This document shows, in pieces, positions 18,078 through 25,028 of a DNA stretch of 28,372 nt. Both the position numbers and the translations under genes were made by a program. The stretch comes from Candidatus Nanobsidianus stetteri. Lineage in GTDB: Archaea; Nanobdellota; Nanobdellia; Nanobdellales; Nanobdellaceae. Positions within the stretch are counted from its first letter, which is position 1. Each line of letters begins with the position of its first letter. Where the stretch lies: the NCBI RefSeq assembly GCF_003086415.1, contig NZ_QEFP02000010.1, positions 1-28,372 on the forward strand, given 5' to 3'. The notes beneath the pieces are model-generated. The model was not told where the DNA came from, did no database searches, and saw nothing but the letters and a program-made list of their open reading frames with translations.

Positions 18078-19166
18078 CTATTCTTTACTATCTCTTTTAG
18101 TGTCAACCGGTCTGCTATCTTCTTGCGAATGATGAATATCTTTTCCCAACCTCTTAAAGAGCTCTGAAATAGTTTCTATCGCAATCTTTCTTGCTATAAA
18201 AGCGTAAGGGTTATTTTTTTGGATCTCCATTACTATGTCCTCCTGAGAGCTCACTCTATTTATAATCCTCATCAGATCCTTGAAGGTCACAGTTTTCATG
18301 ACTTCTATCTCTTTCTTGACACCCAATACTTTTGCCAACTTATTGTAACTTTCCTTCAAGGCCAGCAAATAAAAGTGAGAAAGTACCTGAACTACTGCCA
18401 TAGCCTTATCGTGCTTCTCAGGGTCGCTAATGATAACATTCAATCCAGCCGACTTCCAGAAAGAGATAACGTCGCTTATGTCTTCACTAGTTTTAGAGGG
18501 TATGACTACTATATCCTCTCCTATTGGGTTTGATTGGGGACCGAAGAGAGGATGAGTGGAGACGAACCGGAAAGATTCCTCAATACTGATTCTCTCGAGG
18601 AAGTCAAAGTTGTCTCCCTTAACGGAGAGGATGTCCATCACAGTCTTTCCTCTTAATGCAGTCTTCAGGTTAAAGAAGTAATCTCCCTTGATTGCCTCGG
18701 GTGGTAGGGCTAAAATTATGTAATCCCCCCATTTCAGAGCTTCATTCTGGGGCATATAGACGCATCCAGATTCCTTTGCAACATTCTCAGCTTTATCAGA
18801 GTTCCTGCCCGTTATTACCACATTGTGTCCGGCTGAGGTGAGAAGCTTGGCCAAAGCTTTGCCCATGCCTCCATATCCTACTATAGTTACTCTCTTGGGA
18901 TAGGAATTGGTAAGCTGAACTTTCTTAGAGTAATACAAAATGGAGTTTACAAGTTCTCTTGCCAATTCTTCAGGAACATTCAGTTTTTTGGAATTTTCGA
19001 CCCAATTCTTTAGTACTTCTGCTTCCCTAGTCTCATCTTTAATAGGTAAACCTAACATATTCTTAATCTCAGCTATTTTTCTAGAAATCAAAAACCTTTG
19101 AGAAATTAAATAAAGGATCTGATAATCTATCTCATCTATTTTATCTCTCAGTTCTTTCAGGCTCAT
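18078..19166 (-). CDS. tyrA: bifunctional chorismate mutase / prephenate dehydrogenase (362 aa)
   Basis: N-terminal AroQ-type chorismate mutase helix (LRDKIDEIDYQILYLISQRFLISRKIAEIK). This is followed by a Rossmann VTIVGYGGMGKALA and the prephenate dehydrogenase signature STHPLFGP. Confidence 0.85.
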   Translation of the reverse strand: MSLKELRDKIDEIDYQILYLISQRFLISRKIAEIKNMLGLPIKDETREAEVLKNWVENSKKLNVPEELARELVNSILYYSKKVQLTNSYPKRVTIVGYGGMGKALAKLLTSAGHNVVITGRNSDKAENVAKESGCVYMPQNEALKWGDYIILALPPEAIKGDYFFNLKTALRGKTVMDILSVKGDNFDFLERISIEESFRFVSTHPLFGPQSNPIGEDIVVIPSKTSEDISDVISFWKSAGLNVIISDPEKHDKAMAVVQVLSHFYLLALKESYNKLAKVLGVKKEIEVMKTVTFKDLMRIINRVSSQEDIVMEIQKNNPYAFIARKIAIETISELFKRLGKDIHHSQEDSRPVDTKRDSKE

Positions 19167-19324
19167 TTTATTAACTCAATGTGGATTGGTTTATGATGCT
19201 CTCCAATCTTCTTATTCAGTGATATCCTCATCAAAGTTTTATTATTGATGGTCTGATGATTGGAACTGTTAGGTGCGTCGTTGTATCTGGAGTGAACAAC
19301 TATAAACTTCACTTCTAGGTTCAT
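19163..19324 (-). CDS. small ORF (53 aa, MNLEVKFIVVHSRYNDAPNSS..) translationally coupled to tyrA; possibly the tail of a truncated upstream gene
   Basis: Not in the ORF track. Its stop overlaps the tyrA start in an ATGA (19163-19166). It has the GC-richer composition of the island and begins exactly at the junction with the cassette remnant. Confidence 0.3.
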   Translation of the reverse strand: MNLEVKFIVVHSRYNDAPNSSNHQTINNKTLMRISLNKKIGEHHKPIHIELIK

Positions 19325-19443
19325 CACGATATGACAGTCTTTGATTGTGCATTTTCAGCCATTTCGTTTAATGAGTTCTCTAAATGTTTTATGGGAAAAT
19401 CAAATATTTTTTCAGAACTTTCATATAATTGTATATTTTCCAT
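19324..19443 (-). pseudogene. 5' remnant of a cassette-family gene (MENIQLYESSEKIFDFPIKHLENSLNEMAENAQ..)
   Basis: The N-terminus is homologous to family members (M-x-x-x-Q-L-Y-x-S-S, then ..SLNEM..). Homology stops after about 34 codons at the GC-rich segment. The proximal promoter module, about 50 bp including the palindrome, is deleted; only the distal module remains (19444-19500). Confidence 0.75.
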
Positions 19444-19557
19444 AATATTGTAATAAGCAAATATTTTAAAAAATGAAGTATCTATAATTATAAAGTTAAA
19501 AATAAAAATTAACGGCAAAATAATTATGAAATAATAATATAGTACAATCCAGAAGGG

Positions 19558-20181
19558 CTAATATAAGTTACAAAACATTGTAATAGTAGATCTACCATTG
19601 TAATAAATAAATATATTATCATCTATAATTATTACTGGATTCTCTATTCTTTGCTTATATGGATCTGTAGAAACAGTTGCTCTCATGTGTATATATTGAT
19701 TACCCATATGCATAGGTACAGCTGGATGTAATGTATTATGTATACTTCGAATTGAATCTTTTATACCCTCCCTAAAAGAAAAGCCTCTAGGATTTTGGGG
19801 AGAATCTTGGGGAGGATCATATAACTCAAACGATTTACCAATATAATCGGTACATTTAATTTTATAAGATATTGTGTTTGAACGACACTCAGCTAATTTA
19901 TATTTATCTTCATTATAAAAGGATGTTGTAATATCGTATCCGCACAACATAAGTCCATCACTATGCTTATGGCAACCCATATCTATTTCGGTAAGGTTTT
20001 TTCTTATTTCAGATAAATAAGTCTTTTCTTTTACTTCTTTAGTCATCCACTTTAATAAGTCCTCTAATTTTTTTATATGATCATTTAGTCTTTTTTTAGT
20101 TTCTTCTTCCGACAATCTATTAATTTTTTCCATTAAATCAGATATATTTTCAAAACTATTAACCGGTTGTTGATCATTCAT
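19558..20181 (-). CDS. cassette-family protein P6 (207 aa; subtype B, 4-Cys)
   Basis: MNDQQ start, IKKLEDLLKWMTKEVKEKTYLSEIR, cysteines at residues 70/80/99/110 (C-x9-C-x18-C-x10-C), HMGNQY and ENPVIII. Confidence 0.8.
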   Translation of the reverse strand: MNDQQPVNSFENISDLMEKINRLSEEETKKRLNDHIKKLEDLLKWMTKEVKEKTYLSEIRKNLTEIDMGCHKHSDGLMLCGYDITTSFYNEDKYKLAECRSNTISYKIKCTDYIGKSFELYDPPQDSPQNPRGFSFREGIKDSIRSIHNTLHPAVPMHMGNQYIHMRATVSTDPYKQRIENPVIIIDDNIFIYYNGRSTITMFCNLY

Positions 20182-20200
20182 ACTATTATACTATATAGAA

Positions 20201-20214
20201 AAATTTATAAATTT
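20201..20214 (-). promoter_or_regulatory. TATA-like promoter core of P6 (AAATTTATAAATTT)
   Basis: Perfect palindrome centred about 26 nt upstream of the ATG at 20181. Confidence 0.55.
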
Positions 20215-20308
20215 ATCTTATACTATAGTTATATAATTGTAACAAACAAAATTATAAAGTCAGAGACGGAAATTAATAACAAAATAATTATAGAATAATA
20301 TAATCATT

Positions 20309-20338
20309 TTTGAAATAAAAATCTAACAAAAGTTAAAA
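20309..20338 (-). terminator. conserved T-rich 3' flank module of cassette P7
   Basis: TTTGAAATAAAAATCTAACAAAAGTTAAAA lies below the stop at 20365. Confidence 0.4.
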
Positions 20339-20364
20339 AATTATAACTTAAGAGGAATATAAAT

Positions 20365-21045
20365 CTACAACAAAGTAATCTCAATCTTAAATATACCCCC
20401 ATCGTATTCAAATCTAAATTCATTATCATATGTACTTCTAGATATACTTATTTTTGGATCCTCTTCTGTTTGATTTTTTGAATTCATAGAAAAAATTGCG
20501 ATCATATTCTTATATCGATTACCAATATTCATAAGTTCCCCTGGATATAATATATCATAATATAATATATCTAGAATTTTCTTTTTTATATTTTTTGGGA
20601 AAGGACAACTTTGATGAGGATCTGATAAACTAAATGATTTGCCATCATGACTATCACATTTAATTTTATCAACTAGATAATCTAAACTACATGAAATTAT
20701 ATCATCTCCGCTATAAAAGTTTGCTGTAAAATAATTATATTTAATCTTATTATAAAAGTCTTCTGTAAGATAATTATTATTATAATTATTATAAAAGTAG
20801 TCTGTTATACTATAATATTCCTTCCCTATAGATCCATTAAAATTTTTATCTTCCCTGCGATGCAAACTCATGGATATATAGAATTCTTTTATTTTAGATA
20901 TATGAGCTATTTTTTCTACTTCTTTAGTCATTTCGTTTAACGAGTCCTTTAGTTCTTCTATATCATCTCTTAGTTTCCATATGTTAATTTTTTCTATTAA
21001 ATCAGATGTTTCTTTAGAACTTTTATTTAATTGTTGATTATACAT
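20365..21045 (-). CDS. cassette-family protein P7 (226 aa; subtype A)
   Basis: MYNQQLNKSS start, IEELKDSLNEMTKEVEKIAHISKIK, a Tyr/Asn-rich insert, KIKCDSHDGKSFSLSDPHQSCPFPKNIKKKILDIL, NIGNRY and EDPKISI. Confidence 0.8.
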   Translation of the reverse strand: MYNQQLNKSSKETSDLIEKINIWKLRDDIEELKDSLNEMTKEVEKIAHISKIKEFYISMSLHRREDKNFNGSIGKEYYSITDYFYNNYNNNYLTEDFYNKIKYNYFTANFYSGDDIISCSLDYLVDKIKCDSHDGKSFSLSDPHQSCPFPKNIKKKILDILYYDILYPGELMNIGNRYKNMIAIFSMNSKNQTEEDPKISISRSTYDNEFRFEYDGGIFKIEITLL

Positions 21046-21063
21046 ACTATTATACTATATAAA

Positions 21064-21077
21064 AAATTTGTAAATTT
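21064..21077 (-). promoter_or_regulatory. TATA-like promoter core of P7 (AAATTTGTAAATTT)
   Basis: The G-variant of the palindrome, centred about 25 nt upstream of the ATG at 21045. Confidence 0.5.
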
Positions 21078-21174
21078 GTATTATATTTTAGTTATGTAAA
21101 TTGTAATAAACAAAATTATAAAATCTCAAAGATAAAAATTAACAACTTAATAATTTTAGAATAATATAATCATT

Positions 21175-21203
21175 TTTGAAATAAAAAATCCATAATGGTT
21201 AAA
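21175..21203 (-). terminator. conserved T-rich 3' flank module of cassette P8
   Basis: TTTGAAATAAAAAATCCATAATGGTTAAA lies below the stop at 21214. Confidence 0.4.
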
Positions 21204-21213
21204 GACGTAAAAG

Positions 21214-21895
21214 TTAAAAGTACTCCAAATATGATGGTTTAAAGACATCAAAGTAAAAAGTAATCTGAATATAAGATCTACCATTGTAAAAGTTTATAGA
21301 ATTTTTACCTATTTTCATTTCTGGATTCGCTTTTGTTGGATGGTCTGGATTCGTAAAAGCATCTGTTTTTATATGTATAACCCTATATTCCAGCCTATAA
21401 CTTTCAAGTAACTTTCCAAACCTTAGCATACTAAAGGCAGATAGAATAGAGCTTTCTACTCTCTTTATGAAAGAAAAGGGATCTTCAAAATAAAATAAGG
21501 GCTCATAACCATCATGAGTGCATCCAAAATTATAAGGTGAACCATCCCAGCCTGTATAACACATAATTACTTTATTTTCTTCAATATGAAGGCGTGCATC
21601 AATATAACGTTTACAAGACAAAGACAAATCATCAAATTCTAGACATATCAAATCTATTAATGTATGAGCTTTTTTTATTTTAGATATATTAGCTTTCTCT
21701 TGTGCTTTTTTAACCATTTCGGATAATGAGGCATCTAGTTCGCCTATGGAAGATTTTACGTACTGCTTAAATTTTTCTTCTTTAGAACTTTTATATGAAT
21801 ATTGATCATATTTTTGACTTTTATCTATTTTTTTTTATATATTTATCAATTATTTTCATTAAATCGGGTTTTCTATATGGCTGTTGGCTGTCCAT
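21214..21895 (-). pseudogene. cassette-family gene P8 (subtype B) interrupted by a frameshift in an A9 tract; the track shows only the 167-aa downstream part (21214..21717)
   Basis: The ATG at 21895 in the conserved context gives MDSQQPYRKPDLMKIIDKYIKKNR*. The next frame continues KKIDKSQKYDQYSYKSS..SLSEMVKKAQEKANISKIKK.. into the annotated ORF. The frames switch inside the T9 run at 21828-21836 on the plus strand. Removing one base gives a 226-aa protein collinear with P1. Confidence 0.75.
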
Positions 21896-21913
21896 ACTAT
21901 ATATTATATAAAA

Positions 21914-21927
21914 AAATTTGTAAATTT
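21914..21927 (-). promoter_or_regulatory. TATA-like promoter core of P8 (AAATTTGTAAATTT)
   Basis: Centred about 25 nt upstream of the ATG at 21895. Confidence 0.5.
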
Positions 21928-22014
21928 ATCTTATATTATAATCATGTAATTGTAATTGACAAACATTTTTAAAAATAAAATATCTATAATTATAAATTTA
22001 AAGATGTAATCATT

Positions 22015-22040
22015 TTTGAAAAATTTAATAAAAGGTAAAG
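22015..22040 (-). terminator. diverged T-rich 3' flank module of cassette P9
   Basis: TTTGAAAAATTTAATAAAAGGTAAAG lies below the stop at 22053. Confidence 0.35.
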
Positions 22041-22052
22041 GTCATAAAAGTC

Positions 22053-22649
22053 TTAAATCTCCAAAATATTAGATCCACCGAGGGTTACATATATCTTGAT
22101 ATAGCGTATATCATCGTAATATTCAATTGTGTAACTGCTTTCATCTATTTTACGTTTACTTATTTCTGGATTCTCTTTTGTTTGCCCCTTTGAATCAGTA
22201 TATGCATCTAAATTTATAAGTATATCTCGATCATTCGATTTCTTAAGGACTTCTGGAAATGCTGCATAAAATATATTTAGAGAGTTATCTTTTATCTTTT
22301 CTAAGAAAGAAATGGTTTGAAGAGAATCAAATAACTCAACTGATCTATCGTTATCCTCAGTGCATTTAATTTTAGAAGGAAAATATGGCATGTCAGAATA
22401 ACACATAATTTCCCTATCCTTATAATAATGGTGCGATTTGACGTTATGTTCACACAGAATAGATTCGCTACCGGATTTATGACAATACGAATTTATTGAT
22501 GTAATAGAACTTTCTATTTTGGGTAGATTAAAGTTTTCTTGTACTTTTTTATACAAGTCGTCTAATAAGTCTCCCAAATCTTTTATGTGATCTTTTAATT
22601 TTTTAATATCCTCTTGTTCAGAACTTTCATCTGATGGTTGACCACTCAT
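22053..22649 (-). CDS. cassette-family protein P9 (198 aa; subtype B, 4-Cys)
   Basis: MSGQP start, IKDLGDLLDDLYKKVQENFNLPKIE, Cys ladder C-x9-C-x16-C-x12-C and ENPEIS. It has the conserved 5' flank. Confidence 0.75.
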   Translation of the reverse strand: MSGQPSDESSEQEDIKKLKDHIKDLGDLLDDLYKKVQENFNLPKIESSITSINSYCHKSGSESILCEHNVKSHHYYKDREIMCYSDMPYFPSKIKCTEDNDRSVELFDSLQTISFLEKIKDNSLNIFYAAFPEVLKKSNDRDILINLDAYTDSKGQTKENPEISKRKIDESSYTIEYYDDIRYIKIYVTLGGSNILEI

Positions 22650-22669
22650 ACTATTCTATTATATAAGAA

Positions 22670-22683
22670 AAATTTGTAAATTT
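22670..22683 (-). promoter_or_regulatory. TATA-like promoter core of P9 (AAATTTGTAAATTT)
   Basis: Centred about 27 nt upstream of the ATG at 22649. Confidence 0.5.
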
Positions 22684-23011
22684 ATCTCATATTTTAGTTA
22701 TGTAATTGTAACAAACAAAATTAGAAAATCAAAGATAAAAAATTAACAACTTAATAATCAAAGATCAATTTAGATTAAATGTAAAAAAGGTTTAGATTAT
22801 ATAATGGGATTATAAATGAAAATAAAAACTGTTTATAATGAAAATTATAAAATATATCTAAAATAATATATACAGTATTTAACAATATTAGATAGTAATA
22901 TTATAAAAAGAATTATTCAGGCATTGTTATATTTATCCTTTAATAAATATAATTATATGAATTTGGAAATAAATGATCATTTTTAAAATAAATTTTTATA
23001 ATATCCTTATA

Positions 23012-23060
23012 ATGAAGAAAAACTCATCGGCTGATAAATGATGAGGGTCTTGAGCTCAGA
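23012..23060 (+). ncRNA. candidate C/D box sRNA (degenerate terminal boxes)
   Basis: Layout: ATGAAGA (C-like, 23012-18), 12 nt, CTGA (D', 23031-34), 3 nt, ATGATGA (C', 23038-44), 12 nt, CAGA (D-like, 23057-60), then T6 (23061-66). The two 12-nt spacers match archaeal C/D architecture. The element is intergenic and locally GC-richer than its surroundings. Confidence 0.35.
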
Positions 23061-23090
23061 TTTTTTAATATTTTTATAAAATAATTATTA

Positions 23091-23312
23091 ATGGAGGAAG
23101 AATTATATGCAACAAAATATGAACTTTATATTTCTTTAATAATTACATTGATAACTATTGCAATTATATTGAGTACTCTATCTTATTCTCCAAATAAAAA
23201 TTTATACTATATGTCAACATTAATCATATTAATATTAATTATTATAGATGTCTTTGTATATTTATCATATAAAGGAAAAATACCTTTATATAAAGTAAAG
23301 AAAAAAGATTAA
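23091..23312 (+). CDS. small hypothetical membrane protein (73 aa, two hydrophobic helices)
   Basis: The ORF has two segments of about 20 hydrophobic residues and a basic C-terminus. Short ORFs in AT-rich DNA are uncertain. Confidence 0.35.
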   Translation: MEEELYATKYELYISLIITLITIAIILSTLSYSPNKNLYYMSTLIILILIIIDVFVYLSYKGKIPLYKVKKKD

Positions 23313-23644
23313 TTCTTTTTAGATTTCGCAATATCTAAAGCTCTTATTTTAACTAAATCTTCAATTCTATCATATAATAAAGATTCAGCTAGCTTATATT
23401 TATATTCAATATCTTTATATACTATATAAGCTTTCTTTATTTGATTATTCCTTATATATTCATCAAATATTTTCTTTCTTTCAACAATATCTTCCAAAAT
23501 ATTTAATATATCATTATCTTTAAATGACATTAATAATAACATCTTTGCCTCATTATCTTGTATTTTATTAAATAATTTTTTTGCATGTAATCTATACAAT
23601 CCAATTAACATGACTAAATTGTTAATCATTTTGTCAATCTTCAT
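23309..23644 (-). CDS. hypothetical helical protein (111 aa)
   Basis: The ORF lies 34 nt downstream of tyrS on the same strand. Composition is helical and charged. No motif recognised. Confidence 0.45.
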   Translation of the reverse strand: MKIDKMINNLVMLIGLYRLHAKKLFNKIQDNEAKMLLLMSFKDNDILNILEDIVERKKIFDEYIRNNQIKKAYIVYKDIEYKYKLAESLLYDRIEDLVKIRALDIAKSKKN

Positions 23645-23678
23645 AAATTATCATTGATAAAAAAATTTATAAATGTAA

Positions 23679-24953
23679 CTACCTAGTGATCTTAACAGAA
23701 TCTAATTCTTCTTTATATTTCTTACCAGGTCCTTCAGTAAAATATTTATATACAGGTTCTAATTTATTTGCTAACCATTTTCCAACAGCTTTCTTTAAAT
23801 CCAATGGGTGTATTTTTCCCTCAACCCAATCTTTTCTTAAATCCCATAAATTATTATATACTTTTCTTTCCCCAGTTTTTTCATTAATTATCTCAAATTC
23901 AATATCTTTATATGAATATTTATATAATTCATTAGATTCTTTATCAATTATTTTATATACATCATTCCAATTTATTTTATTTTTATTCTTTGATTCTTCA
24001 TATATATCATAATTTATTTTTTCAACATTTTCTACTTTATATAAATTATTTTCATATAAATATTTTATTATCCAATAATTTTCTTGATCCCTAAATATTA
24101 AATATTCAATTATTTCCCATATTGGATTGAATTCTAACTCTCTTTGAGGACAGAATGCTTTATTTATCTTATCAATAATTTCTGAAGGACTATCATGAAC
24201 AAATATTGCAGAACCTGGTATAGATTTTGACATTTTTAGTTCAGACAATTCTTCTTTAGCTTCTTTTATATTTCCAGATTTTAATTTTTGAAATGTTTCA
24301 TATGGCAATTGTAGGTTTGTTATTAATTGATGATGTACTGCAATTAAATTATAATTTATTTTATCAGCATATTCAATTGTAATTACGTGAATCTTTCTCT
24401 GATCAATTCCGGCATGTGCAATATTTATTTTTTGAAATATTATATCTGCAGCCTGCATTAATGGATATATTAAATTTGCAGATGGCATTGATTCTTCATA
24501 TTTTCTTCCCATAATTGTAATAGATCTTAATAATCTATTTAATGTAGTATTTTTTCCAATTTTAATTACTTCTGCCCAATAATCATCATTATATATTTCA
24601 GATGCCAAAACAAATTTTACTTTATTAGGATCCCCACCCAAAGATTTTATTGTTTGTTTCATTGCTTCAGTAAAATATCCCTTTGCAATTCTTTTAATTA
24701 CTTCAGGATCCCCACCCAATTTATTATTTATTACTGAATGCCAATCTGCTAAAAATACTTCTGTTTCTGCAAAATTCATAAAATCAATTAATTTATATCC
24801 AGATACAACTGCAGTACCTAAATGGACATATCCTGATATTTCATATCCTATATAATGCCTGAAATTATTTATCTTATTTGCCTTTTCTTCATTTAATACT
24901 TCTATTGCTGGCTTTTTCCATAAAAGTAATTTTATAATATTTTTATCCATCAT
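23679..24953 (-). CDS. tyrS: tyrosyl-tRNA synthetase, archaeal type, with low-complexity insertions (424 aa)
   Basis: HIGH-like HLGT, YPLMQAADI, AGIDQRKIHV, KMSKS, FNPIWEI and HPLDLKKAV are collinear with my recollection of M. jannaschii TyrRS. Confidence 0.85.
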   Translation of the reverse strand: MMDKNIIKLLLWKKPAIEVLNEEKANKINNFRHYIGYEISGYVHLGTAVVSGYKLIDFMNFAETEVFLADWHSVINNKLGGDPEVIKRIAKGYFTEAMKQTIKSLGGDPNKVKFVLASEIYNDDYWAEVIKIGKNTTLNRLLRSITIMGRKYEESMPSANLIYPLMQAADIIFQKINIAHAGIDQRKIHVITIEYADKINYNLIAVHHQLITNLQLPYETFQKLKSGNIKEAKEELSELKMSKSIPGSAIFVHDSPSEIIDKINKAFCPQRELEFNPIWEIIEYLIFRDQENYWIIKYLYENNLYKVENVEKINYDIYEESKNKNKINWNDVYKIIDKESNELYKYSYKDIEFEIINEKTGERKVYNNLWDLRKDWVEGKIHPLDLKKAVGKWLANKLEPVYKYFTEGPGKKYKEELDSVKITR

Positions 24954-25028
24954 AATTATTTATAACAAAAATTTTTGCCTTTTTAATACCGATCCATAAT
25001 TAAATTAATCTCAAGAAAAATTTATTAA

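Larger units (their letters stand above)
17891..19340. other. compositionally distinct (GC-richer) segment carrying tyrA, replacing most of a family cassette
   Basis: Hand counts of sample 60-nt lines give about 43-50% G+C inside (18541, 18661) against about 10-23% in adjacent cassette sequence (17221, 17641). The left edge is where homology to 3705-3855 ends. The right edge falls inside the N-terminal coding remnant at 19324-19443. Confidence 0.7.

Noticed and set aside
19324-19518. 64-aa ORF starting at 19518
   Set aside because: The upstream 25 codons translate the conserved distal promoter module. The family-homologous start is the ATG at 19443, and the gene is truncated after about 34 codons.
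2872-22760. Regularly spaced conserved repeats as a possible CRISPR array
   Set aside because: Repeat units are 0.7-1 kb and contain protein-coding ORFs. The conserved blocks are 30-140 bp with different 5' and 3' sequences. There is no short repeat-spacer periodicity and there are no cas genes.
22760-23011. Long ORF-free AT-rich spacer after array 2 as a possible replication origin or RNA gene
   Set aside because: I could not find ORB-like repeated elements or conserved structure by eye. Nothing is supportable beyond extreme AT richness.
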